From a virus (lineage: Duplodnaviria > Caudoviricetes): a stretch of 64,000 nucleotides of DNA. The position numbers were made by a program, and so were the translations under genes. Below are positions 40,798 to 49,388 of the stretch, one piece after another. The stretch lies in the IMG/VR virus record IMGVR_UViG_3300042542_006078; one strand, given 5' to 3'. The first letter of the stretch is position 1. Each line of letters opens with the position of its first letter. The notes beneath the pieces were generated by a model, which had not been told where the DNA came from, searched no databases, and saw only the letters and a program-made list of their open reading frames with translations.

Positions 40798-41073
40798 ATG
40801 AGCAATACTACTGGTTTTTCTAACAGCGTTCAGACTAATGAATCTTTGGGCCAATTGGCTCAAAGTCTTGTAAAAGTCATCCATGGTACGGCAGATGGGA
40901 TGTATCCCTTGGCCAACCACACTGTTGCTGCTGTACGCAACACATTCTCCCAGACTCACAATATCCCAGCAGATGCTGTGGCCTTTGTGAATGGTGTTAA
41001 GGTTGGAGATGACTTTCTCATTACTGAGAACTCAACACTTGAGTTCATCAAGCAAGCTGGCAAGAAGGGTTAA
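40798..41073 (+). CDS. Prokaryotic ubiquitin-like (beta-grasp) protein ending ...KQAGKKG
   Basis: VKVIHG / TVAAVR helix / IPADAVAFVNG / DDFLI / STLEF, plus a free C-terminal Gly. Confidence 0.8.
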   Translation: MSNTTGFSNSVQTNESLGQLAQSLVKVIHGTADGMYPLANHTVAAVRNTFSQTHNIPADAVAFVNGVKVGDDFLITENSTLEFIKQAGKKG

Positions 41074-41350
41074 TTCTGCCAGCGGGTGGGGGGCAAAACC
41101 ACCCTCCTCCCACCCACTCGTACAGAGGGTGAAACCATGTTCTATGTGTGAGAGAAAATTCAAGAACCTTGAATTTTCTCTTATTGGTTGCCCAGATCGT
41201 TTCCAGACGGTCTGCAATGGGGTACTCGCAAGGCAACTGGGCATGGCGAATAAACGGCAGGTGAAAGGTCGTCAACTGGTTAGGCGATTGACAGTAATCT
41301 GCTAGTGCCTTCTTTCAACCATCTGGATTTTTTCAGATGGTTGATTTTTT
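41074..41350 (+). ncRNA. Candidate structured RNA ending in an intrinsic terminator
   Basis: GC-richer segment with several stems (e.g. AGAGAAAATTCAAG/CTTGAATTTTCTCT, TGCCCAG/CTGGGCA); terminator hairpin 41315-41344 plus T-run. Confidence 0.35.
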
Positions 41351-41463
41351 ATTTCTCGATACAAGTCTGGCAGGTTTTTTGGGGCAAGATGTTATTGTCC
41401 TAAAGGGCATGACCTGCCAGACTTCAAAAAGTTCTTCTCATAATCTTGAGTAGAGTATTCTAC

Positions 41464-41505
41464 AAGGCCCCCTCCTTGCACAAAAGCAAGGAGGGGGCCT
41501 TTTTT
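41464..41505 (+). terminator. Intrinsic terminator
   Basis: AAGGCCCCCTCCTTGC/GCAAGGAGGGGGCCTT plus T-run. Confidence 0.8.
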
Positions 41506-41592
41506 CGTTTCCAAGTCCAGCAATTTGTCATTTTATGATCAATTCAAATTGGGATATTATGATGATGCTAGAACACAATAGGAGTCAAGGAA

Positions 41593-42369
41593 ATGTTCAA
41601 TATCGAATCGAATTGGGGAAGGGCCGCTGTAACCGAAATGAGTGAAGTGATAATCAATAAAAACAAACCTCCTCACGATGCATTGATTGCAGGAATGTTC
41701 ACACATACAGGAACTGACATCCACTTTGGTGGACACTATCAGAGGACATTGTTTGAATACACATTGGCAGCTTATGTGAACAGGATTTGCCAGAAGAGTG
41801 GAATAAAATCAATTGGCTCAAGGATTATAAATGTTCCTCTCAAGGGAACCAATGTTTACGAACACTCATTTGAGAGCAAGGATAAGAAAGTTTTTTGGTG
41901 TTATCAATATGGATTTTGCCCAACAAATCCTTTTGATCATTTGACACTAAGCATTCTTGAGAGAGGAGTTACTAAGGGTTGTAGGAACTGTAATTACAAA
42001 GGATTTACTGATGATGATATTGAATGTTTTAACTGCCGAAATGGAGCAGTAAGAAACTTAATTCTCAATAATCCTGAATACAAAGCATTCAGGTCACACA
42101 GTTGGGAAATTTTCAAGGATTTGATCGGTGAAGAAGAAACTAATGTTCTTGAGAAGTTCAGATATCATTACATCAAGTTCCACACTGATGATTTTCTTTA
42201 TAAGCAAGAATTTTCCCCAGTCATGAGAGAATATGTTGATTCTGATAGATTTGGGGACTACTTTGAGGTTGACTTGGAGCGTGATCTTCTCATGCTTTAT
42301 CGAGATGATGAGCCAGAAGGATCGACATATGAAGATGATGAAAGCGAAGATCAAACACAAGATGACTGA
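41593..42369 (+). CDS. Hypothetical protein (CxxC motifs)
   Basis: GGAG RBS; CRNC...CFNC. Confidence 0.7.
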   Translation: MFNIESNWGRAAVTEMSEVIINKNKPPHDALIAGMFTHTGTDIHFGGHYQRTLFEYTLAAYVNRICQKSGIKSIGSRIINVPLKGTNVYEHSFESKDKKVFWCYQYGFCPTNPFDHLTLSILERGVTKGCRNCNYKGFTDDDIECFNCRNGAVRNLILNNPEYKAFRSHSWEIFKDLIGEEETNVLEKFRYHYIKFHTDDFLYKQEFSPVMREYVDSDRFGDYFEVDLERDLLMLYRDDEPEGSTYEDDESEDQTQDD

Positions 42370-42546
42370 TTTTGGAGAGAATGTTTTAAGACAGTTGTTT
42401 TCAGAAAGAGTTAAAATTATGGATAGCCATTCCCAAATTAAAATGACGAAAACTACTTTATTTTCGGAAAATAAAGAAGAATTATTTTGGGTATGGCTTG
42501 AATATGTAAAGAATATAGGTTCAAATAAAAATGAAGGAGATTAATC

Positions 42547-43194
42547 ATGTTGAACGAATCTGCATCTAAAAGTCTTACTCGTGTATTAGGCCACTTTGAA
42601 AACAATTCTTTTTCCATTGTATCAGCATCAAGAGGAATATACGGCAAGGAAGAGAATAAGATAAGAACAGAGAATCTTATATCAGATGTTAGAGGTGGTG
42701 GATTTGGTTTTGTGAAGATGAAGGGTCGTTATGTAGAAGGATATGGAACAGAAGGAGAGAAGAATCCTGTCCAAGAAGATGTTTTGTTTATTGCATCTAA
42801 GCCTATGAAGGTGAATACGGAGACAACTCCAGAAGATGAATCTAGGCACAATGATGAAGTGAATTCTAAATGGAATGAAGAGTTTAAGCAAAATATGATG
42901 AAATTGGGAAACAAGTATGATCAGGAATCAATTGTTTTCAAGCCTTATGGAGAAGAAAAGGCATATTTGATTGGAACAGTAGATATTGATGAGAATGGTA
43001 AGAAGGTTTGGCCGGGACATGGTAACATGATAGAAGTTGGTGACATTCACCCCGGCAAGGCTGGAATGTTTCATACAATGTTGTGGAAAAACAAGAGGAC
43101 ATTCACATTTGAAAGCGTAGAATATCCCAAGAGCTTCATGGGATCATGGTCTGAATTCCTCCATAGAAAAGCTATCAATGAAGGAAGGGCTTAA
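42547..43194 (+). CDS. Conserved T4-like phage hypothetical protein (DUF3293-like)
   Basis: SL.RV..H....IVSASR...N....L...R..G.G...G.Y.E...KYDQESIV pattern. Confidence 0.55.
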   Translation: MLNESASKSLTRVLGHFENNSFSIVSASRGIYGKEENKIRTENLISDVRGGGFGFVKMKGRYVEGYGTEGEKNPVQEDVLFIASKPMKVNTETTPEDESRHNDEVNSKWNEEFKQNMMKLGNKYDQESIVFKPYGEEKAYLIGTVDIDENGKKVWPGHGNMIEVGDIHPGKAGMFHTMLWKNKRTFTFESVEYPKSFMGSWSEFLHRKAINEGRA

Positions 43195-43242
43195 ACTGCT
43201 TCGGATTTCCTAGAAGCAAAGCCGATAAGGTAGTGAATCAAA

Positions 43243-43316
43243 GACCTCGTAGCTCAGTCCGGTAGAGCAACGCACTTTTAATGCGTGGGTCTTGGGTTCA
43301 AATCCCAACGAGGTCA
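43243..43316 (+). tRNA. trnK: tRNA-Lys (UUU)
   Basis: Acceptor GACCTCG/CGAGGTC, D arm GCTC/GAGC, anticodon stem ACGCA/TGCGT with loop CTTTTAA, T arm TTGGG-TTCAAAT-CCCAA; no encoded CCA. Confidence 0.95.
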
Positions 43317-43339
43317 TGTTCAGTTAAAAAGGGGGCAAT

Positions 43340-43621
43340 ATGACTGCTACTGCTACTAAGAAAGAACAGAAACAATTTAAGGAAATATCATCTGAAATTG
43401 TCATGAAAAACCTTCATGACAAGATTGGCATACCAGATAACTATAGTCACAGTCGTGGATTCAATGTCTATGACAACAGATGGCGCATCAATGTCTACTC
43501 ATTAGTCAGGACAGATATCCCAACTCTTATCAAAAGGCTCTTTATCTCTAACAGCTACTTTGTTGAAGTTGATAAAGAAGGCCAAATAGTAAGGCCAAAA
43601 GAAATCCAAAAGATTAAGTAA
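43340..43621 (+). CDS. Hypothetical protein
   Basis: GGGGG RBS; followed by terminator hairpin 43628-43660. Confidence 0.65.
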   Translation: MTATATKKEQKQFKEISSEIVMKNLHDKIGIPDNYSHSRGFNVYDNRWRINVYSLVRTDIPTLIKRLFISNSYFVEVDKEGQIVRPKEIQKIK

Positions 43622-43728
43622 TACAAAAGACAGGTGCAGCACAAAACTGCACCTGTCTTTTTTTATGCCCATTGAAAACTTCTTCGGAAAAGGAAGAAGT
43701 AAAGCCGATAATCTGTCAGGAGGACACA

Positions 43729-44286
43729 ATGAATAACAGCATCGCAACTAAGCAAACCCGTGAAAGAGTCGAAGCTGGAAAGAAAGTTGAGTCAGCAATT
43801 ATTGCGAAACTCAACGAGATAGGAATGAAACTATCTCAACCAACAAACAGCGAAGACATATTACAAAAAGTTGATGCTTGGTATGTAAACAAGCAAGGAA
43901 AGCGTGTTGGAATACAAATCAAGTATCGTGAATCTGGAAGTGATCTTTTGTTTGAAGTCTTTGATACATTCGTTGGATTCAAGAGTGACAAGAACAAAAT
44001 GGGAAGAGACATGATTGGATTGGCAAAAGAATATGCAGTCCTGATTGAAAATAAGATCATTATTGTTGAGAAGCAAAAAGCAATTGATGTGATCAATGAA
44101 ATGCTCGACGAAGCAAGATGTAATGGTTGGTCAAAGTCGAATGAAAGAACAAAGACTCTTTTCTATGAATCTGATAGATGTGAACTGCAAATGAAGTTGC
44201 AGGACGATCCTGCTGACGGAAGAAAGAAGATTGTGGCATACATCCCCAAGGAATTTTTTCAGGCTAACCTATCTGTCTCAGTTTAG
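43729..44286 (+). CDS. Putative PD-(D/E)xK nuclease-like protein
   Basis: EDI..KVDAW...GIQIKYR; own promoter copy (43676) and GGAGG RBS. Confidence 0.5.
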   Translation: MNNSIATKQTRERVEAGKKVESAIIAKLNEIGMKLSQPTNSEDILQKVDAWYVNKQGKRVGIQIKYRESGSDLLFEVFDTFVGFKSDKNKMGRDMIGLAKEYAVLIENKIIIVEKQKAIDVINEMLDEARCNGWSKSNERTKTLFYESDRCELQMKLQDDPADGRKKIVAYIPKEFFQANLSVSV

Positions 44287-44295
44287 GAGAATCTG

Positions 44296-44670
44296 ATGAA
44301 ACCTAAGTACCAGAGTGACCAGCAGATAGCCGATTCTTATGGAGTTCCCTTTATCTTCGATGACGAAATGGAGTATGTCAACGAAGATCCTGATCTGACT
44401 ATCAAAAGAATAGTTGGAATGCACAATGTAGTAACAAAGTGGATCGAAAAGAACAGGAGAATACCATCTTCAAATCCCAATGCTGAAAGGGATGAACGCA
44501 AGATGGCTGGATGGTTGCGTGTCGTCATGTTCTATAAAGAGATCATGCTAGACCCGCAAGATGAACATCGTGATGAAAGATTGCACAACAATTTCATCCA
44601 CGATTATTGCCAGACAATTATCAGAACAGGTTCATTACCAGAACAAGAATACAAGGAGCAAGATCAATGA
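44296..44670 (+). CDS. Protein with one HA-like motif
   Basis: WIEKNRRIPS...DERKMAGWLR resembles the repeats in 18958..20058. Confidence 0.55.
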   Translation: MKPKYQSDQQIADSYGVPFIFDDEMEYVNEDPDLTIKRIVGMHNVVTKWIEKNRRIPSSNPNAERDERKMAGWLRVVMFYKEIMLDPQDEHRDERLHNNFIHDYCQTIIRTGSLPEQEYKEQDQ

Positions 44671-44912
44671 AAGCCAAACTGCCTAGAGTATATGATTTCG
44701 TTGTAAGAAAGCCATTCAAAAGTGAAAATGATAGCTTTGAAAAAGGAAAAAAGTTCAAAGCATTCGTCAAATCATTTGTAGTTAAAAGTAATGAAACAGG
44801 ATGGATTGAAATGTTTCGATTCGTCTCAGATGACGACTCATTTACCCCATTTGAAACATCTTGCCAGAATGTTAAATTTGCTACCGATGAAGTAGAGGTG
44901 AAGGACAACTAA
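44667..44912 (+). CDS. Hypothetical protein
   Basis: AAGGAG RBS, ATGA overlap. Confidence 0.55.
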   Translation: MKAKLPRVYDFVVRKPFKSENDSFEKGKKFKAFVKSFVVKSNETGWIEMFRFVSDDDSFTPFETSCQNVKFATDEVEVKDN

Positions 44913-45107
44913 GAAATTGGCTTTTATTATGTAAGAAAATTAGTGTATTTTCCCTTTGTCATTGGCAATGATTGCCTCTGACAAAGGGAGTTTTTTTTAT
45001 GGTCAGATTTCTTTCGATGGCCACAAAGGCTTTGCATAAGGTTTTTGAATCACTTGTTCTATATGCAATAAGTGAAATGGCCAAGGGCCAACAATAGGAG
45101 AATTACC

Positions 45108-45539
45108 ATGAGAAGCATGATGCTTTTGGTTGTTCTAGTAGCAGGTTGTTCTTGCTTAAACAAAAATAATGATTTACCACCAAACTGCACAATCATCTAT
45201 CCCGGCCCAAGAAGGATAGTTGAAACACTACCTCCTCCTGAATTATATCAGGATAGAGACTTACCACCAGCAGGTCCACCAATACCATTAAATACTGTTC
45301 CTGCTCCTGCAATGCCAACAGGAAGAGTCAAGGTCATCGAAGTAAGACCAATTCACATTTATCCACCATTGCCTCCTGATCTCCCAGAATGGCAAGAACC
45401 AAAGATCATAATCCCCAAAGATGGTAATCCAGTTTTGAGGGCTAAGGTTGTAAAGACTAATCTCAAGTTAATCATGACTGAGAACCCACCTTATAACGGC
45501 CCTCCAAATGTAGGATGGGAAATTTGCTGGAACTGGTGA
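45108..45539 (+). CDS. Proline-rich predicted lipoprotein
   Basis: MRSMMLLVVLVAG-C lipobox, Pro-rich body. Confidence 0.65.
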   Translation: MRSMMLLVVLVAGCSCLNKNNDLPPNCTIIYPGPRRIVETLPPPELYQDRDLPPAGPPIPLNTVPAPAMPTGRVKVIEVRPIHIYPPLPPDLPEWQEPKIIIPKDGNPVLRAKVVKTNLKLIMTENPPYNGPPNVGWEICWNW

Positions 45540-45655
45540 CAATTTTGAGCCTTGTAGAGTATTCTACAAGGCTCAATCATTTCCTTTAGAAAACTCCTTC
45601 GGTTTTGCGAGAAGTAAAGCCGATATAAATATGTCTCAAACAACAGGAGTCAAAC

Positions 45656-45862
45656 ATGAAAAAGTTGGCAGCACAGGTCACAGTCAACATCACATTCCTT
45701 TTTGCGAACAATGAAACCTTTACAATCTCTGCTGATGAAACAGCAAGAGACAAAGTGATGCAATTGAAGGCAAGAATCGATGAGTGGGGAACACCTATCT
45801 CTGTACAGACTGGAACTAGCCTGCAAATCTGCGGGGCTAAAAAGTCATCAACACCTAATTAA
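45656..45862 (+). CDS. Hypothetical early protein
   Basis: Promoter copy 45591, GGAG RBS. Confidence 0.6.
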   Translation: MKKLAAQVTVNITFLFANNETFTISADETARDKVMQLKARIDEWGTPISVQTGTSLQICGAKKSSTPN

Positions 45863-45874
45863 TGGAGTCTGACA

Positions 45875-46072
45875 ATGACAAGCAATACGCCTTCTTGTTT
45901 CAATAATTCCGATTTCATCCATATAACTGAAATACTGGAACATCTAAAGAAACATAAAAAAGCTTTGGAATCAATACTTGAAGATTTGGACATTAACGAT
46001 CAATACTATGACGAATTGTTAAAAATGATGAACAAGATGATATCAACTGGTAACTTCACAATAGAATGTTGA
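45875..46072 (+). CDS. Hypothetical protein
   Basis: GGAG RBS. Confidence 0.55.
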   Translation: MTSNTPSCFNNSDFIHITEILEHLKKHKKALESILEDLDINDQYYDELLKMMNKMISTGNFTIEC

Positions 46073-46095
46073 TATTATTTACAATGGAGAATAAC

Positions 46096-46257
46096 ATGAA
46101 GGCCAATTACCCTTTAGAATTCGCCAAGTTATTGGGTTTCTTTGGACTCGGATACTTTGGATTTATGTACTTCCGTTCAGCAATATACGCAATACCACTT
46201 GCTATGCTTGGAAGTGCAATAGTTAGTGTGATCTATACTTCATTGGAAAGTGAATAA
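46096..46257 (+). CDS. Small two-helix membrane protein
   Basis: GGAG RBS; two hydrophobic segments. Confidence 0.55.
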   Translation: MKANYPLEFAKLLGFFGLGYFGFMYFRSAIYAIPLAMLGSAIVSVIYTSLESE

Positions 46258-46271
46258 CAAGGAAAAGTAAT

Positions 46272-46469
46272 ATGTTTGATAGTGAAAGGGAACACAAAGA
46301 TTTCTGGTATGACAGTCCATACCAACACGCAGTTCACCAAGCAATTGTTGATGCAGTTGATAAAGGTGATGAGTCACCTTGGCTTCTCACAAATTATGAC
46401 ACATGGGTTGCAAACCCAAACTATAAAGGCCCACCAAACCCTCCTCATCCTGAGGGTTATTATGACTAA
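46272..46469 (+). CDS. Hypothetical protein
   Basis: AAGG RBS; WLLTNYDTWVANPNYKGP..PHPE. Confidence 0.6.
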   Translation: MFDSEREHKDFWYDSPYQHAVHQAIVDAVDKGDESPWLLTNYDTWVANPNYKGPPNPPHPEGYYD

Positions 46470-46478
46470 AGGAATATC

Positions 46479-46970
46479 ATGAACATCTTTGTTCTTTCTC
46501 ATGATGTTAATCAAGCAGCAAAGTGGCATGTAGATCGTCATGTTGTCAAGATGCCACTTGAATCGGCTCAAATGCTTTGCACTAATTTAAGCCAATTAAA
46601 AATAGAAAATCCATACCTTCCAGTTCATGCTAAACATCCATGTACAATTTGGGCTGGCCAATCAAGATCCAATTTCAAATGGTTATGTGATTTGGGAATA
46701 GAACTTTGCAAGGAATATACTTTCCGATATAAGAAGGTTCATAAGTGTGAAGAAGTAATTAATTATTGCATGAGATTTATTGATATTTTCCCCAATTGTG
46801 GAATGACACCATTTGCACAAGCAATGCCAGATGAATTTAAGAACGATAATCCTGTCAAGGCATATCGTGACTATTATGTGAAAGCCAAAAATCACTTACA
46901 TAAGTGGACACTAAGATCAGTACCTGAGTGGTGTAATAGAACAGAAAGGAACAATAATGTACAAGATTGA
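46479..46970 (+). CDS. Pyrimidine-dimer DNA glycosylase/endonuclease V-like family protein
   Basis: MNIFVL...HVDRHVVKMPLESAQML...HPCTIW...TPFAQAMP...AYRDYY. Confidence 0.7.
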   Translation: MNIFVLSHDVNQAAKWHVDRHVVKMPLESAQMLCTNLSQLKIENPYLPVHAKHPCTIWAGQSRSNFKWLCDLGIELCKEYTFRYKKVHKCEEVINYCMRFIDIFPNCGMTPFAQAMPDEFKNDNPVKAYRDYYVKAKNHLHKWTLRSVPEWCNRTERNNNVQD

Positions 46971-47175
46971 TTTCTCTAATGGTGATAGCTCTTCAATTTA
47001 TGCAGATTACGATTCAGTAATCGAAGCTGTTCGTAAACTTTATGGCAATGATGTAGAAATAGGTCATGATGGTGACCTATCTGATGGAGGAGATAGAACA
47101 TTAATCTGGGATAACGAAGAAGATTCTCTTAATGATTCTGGATATAAAGCAGTGGCATCTATAAGGAAATCATAA
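46957..47175 (+). CDS. Hypothetical protein
   Basis: AAGG RBS, overlaps the previous gene. Confidence 0.6.
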   Translation: MYKIDFSNGDSSSIYADYDSVIEAVRKLYGNDVEIGHDGDLSDGGDRTLIWDNEEDSLNDSGYKAVASIRKS

Positions 47176-47192
47176 ATTAAGGAGTAATTAAG

Positions 47193-47525
47193 ATGATCTG
47201 GACACCATTCCATCTGGTTGAATCGTGTGACTTCGATATAACACCAAGACAAGAACCTATACATGATAAACTTAGTCCAAATTATGACCTAAATGCTGCC
47301 ATGGCAGATGCAAGACGCACACTCGATCAAATCCTGAGAGTCTCCGGTCAACCTCCAGAAGGATCGCTCCTTCGTATCGATGAGACCCTTCGTATCGATG
47401 AGACATTGGAACCACATATTTTAATATGTCTTACAATAAGATTTACATTTAACAAAGAATCAAAAGAACACTCAGATTATCTACTCAAAATTTTTGATAA
47501 CTTTCCTGAAAAATACGATTCATAG
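47193..47525 (+). CDS. Hypothetical protein
   Basis: AAGGAG RBS. Confidence 0.6.
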   Translation: MIWTPFHLVESCDFDITPRQEPIHDKLSPNYDLNAAMADARRTLDQILRVSGQPPEGSLLRIDETLRIDETLEPHILICLTIRFTFNKESKEHSDYLLKIFDNFPEKYDS

Positions 47526-47536
47526 TATATCACAAG

Positions 47537-47639
47537 CTCGTAGAGTATTCTATGTGCCTCGTAGAGTATTCTACAAGCTCGTAGAGTATTCTATGTGCCT
47601 CGTAGAGTATTCTACAAGCTCGTAGAGTATTCTATGTGC
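47537..47639. repeat. Tandem array of TAGAGTATTCTA quasi-palindrome, 5 copies, 20/21-bp period
   Basis: Cores at 47541,47562,47582,47603,47623. Confidence 0.9.
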
Positions 47640-47770
47640 TTATAAATTGATATCACAATTTATAAAACAATCATATTATCTCGATTATAAAAACTGCTTC
47701 GGAAAGCGGAGAAGCAAAGCCGATATTGTGGTGTAACCAGCAACGATAACCAAAAAGAATGGAGAAGTCG

Positions 47771-48250
47771 ATGAGCAAGATCGTTTCCAAGGACTTTGTT
47801 GTGGCAGGAAACGCTACCTTCACATTAGCTCTTCCTGAGCATTACGCAGTAGAAGAGGCACTTAAGCCTCATTATACATTCAAGGTGCGGTTCAAGGAAG
47901 GGACAAACGGATTCAAAGACACATATTTTGTGTCTTTGCTAACTGGACCAGATAATTACGCTAACTACACCTATCTGGGAATGCTTAACCCAGATAATGG
48001 TTCAGTTCGCACGACAGCAAAGTCGTGCATGAATGGCGAAAGCCTCCCAGTTCGACTTCTCAATCGTGCATTGCAGTTGATCTGGGAAAACAACCCAGAA
48101 CCACTGATTGAGAAGGGATTTGCAGTCCATCATGAAGGGAAGTGTGGCCGATGTGGCCGCAAACTAACAGTACCTGAGTCAATCGAAACTGGACTTGGGC
48201 CTGAATGTGCTGGCCGTGTTGGCCGCAACTCCACAGAAGAGTCCTACTGA
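47771..48250 (+). CDS. DUF6011-like zinc-finger protein
   Basis: CGRCGRKLTVPESIETGLGPECA. Confidence 0.75.
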   Translation: MSKIVSKDFVVAGNATFTLALPEHYAVEEALKPHYTFKVRFKEGTNGFKDTYFVSLLTGPDNYANYTYLGMLNPDNGSVRTTAKSCMNGESLPVRLLNRALQLIWENNPEPLIEKGFAVHHEGKCGRCGRKLTVPESIETGLGPECAGRVGRNSTEESY

Positions 48251-48260
48251 TTATCACTAC

Positions 48261-48297
48261 ACCCCCCTGCCTCAAAGCAGGGGGGCCTTTTTTTTTG
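48261..48297 (+). terminator. Intrinsic terminator
   Basis: CCCCCTGC-ctcaaa-GCAGGGGG, then GGCC and a T-run. Confidence 0.7.
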
Positions 48298-48497
48298 GCC
48301 AAAATTTTATCATATTAGAAAACTGTGATGAATCACATTTTCATTTATGCAAATCCAAGAATGACAAATTATGAAAATGAAATATAAAGATTTTATTTTA
48401 TGATGATTTTTTATGGATGAATATAAGTGCTGCAATGAAATTATAAGTTCTGCACTGAAAATCTGAACTATCCCTTACTGAAAATTATGTGTTGTGA

Positions 48498-48860
48498 TTA
48501 TTTATTGATTTCAATTATTCCTGACAGATAAATTGTTGGCATTTCTTTCCAATCTGTAAGCATATTAGATAATGCTGGTTTACCACCAGCAGATCTATTG
48601 ACAGCTATTGTGATGTGTTTAATTTTATTTCTGCTTGGCACATCAGTCTTAACTTCTATTGCAATGTTCTTATCATCTTGAGCAATTTTATCAGCTATAA
48701 GATGAACTTCTTCACCAATTCTTGCTTCAATATCAGGGCTTGGTTTACCAAGATCAATGGTCATATGATGACAAATCAACTCCCATTCAGAAGGCAATTT
48801 ACTGAAAATTCCCAACAAACGCATCCTGCTTTCTTTATCCAGATTAACAGCACTATACAT
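48498..48860 (-). CDS. 2H phosphoesterase-like protein
   Basis: Two HxT motifs (CHHMTI, KHITIAV) followed by GGKPALSN. Confidence 0.6.
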   Translation of the reverse strand: MYSAVNLDKESRMRLLGIFSKLPSEWELICHHMTIDLGKPSPDIEARIGEEVHLIADKIAQDDKNIAIEVKTDVPSRNKIKHITIAVNRSAGGKPALSNMLTDWKEMPTIYLSGIIEINK

Positions 48861-49069
48861 AAAACCACCAGTTAGAGTACAAGTATATATGAAATGATTT
48901 TTTTGCTTTTACAAACTTGTACTTTCAGTTTACATCTTACACACTTGTACTCCAGACTTACCATCAACAAAGCAATTCTGGACAAGCAAGTCTATTGACC
49001 AAACTGCTTCGGAAAGCGAAGAAGCAAAGCCGATATTATGGTGTAACGATAACCACAAGGAGAAAGACA

Positions 49070-49372
49070 ATGGCAACTATTCGCTGCGAAGAATTGAAAT
49101 ACAAAGGGAAACTTTTTGATGTGACCTTTGGTTACGAGTTTACTGTTGATAAATGGAATGATGTCGAGATTCACAAATGTGACATCTGGTTGGAGAAAAT
49201 CGGTTTTTACGATGAAGACCAAGACAAAGTGATTGAATATAAACCAGATGATATTGAAACTAAGGAAGTGATTGAACTTTTCCCATACGACAGTGTTTAT
49301 AAAGACCTTGATCTTGAAAAAGTAGTCGAAGACTACTGGCAAGGAGTTAAAGACGGTCATGTGGGCATCTAA
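49070..49372 (+). CDS. Hypothetical early protein
   Basis: Promoter 49001, AAGGAG RBS. Confidence 0.65.
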   Translation: MATIRCEELKYKGKLFDVTFGYEFTVDKWNDVEIHKCDIWLEKIGFYDEDQDKVIEYKPDDIETKEVIELFPYDSVYKDLDLEKVVEDYWQGVKDGHVGI

Positions 49373-49388
49373 TTGCGAAAGGAATGCA

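Noticed and set aside
40054-41073. Thiamine or molybdopterin sulfur-carrier pathway (ThiF-ThiS / MoeB-MoaD)
   Set aside because: The E1 lacks CxxC motifs, the Ubl ends KKG rather than GG, the neighbours are E2 and JAB, and no cofactor genes are present
41074-41350. tmRNA, RNase P RNA, group I intron or hammerhead ribozyme
   Set aside because: No tRNA-like ends or tag frame, no GAGGAAAGUC, no interrupted gene, no CUGAUGA core found; kept only as an unknown structured RNA
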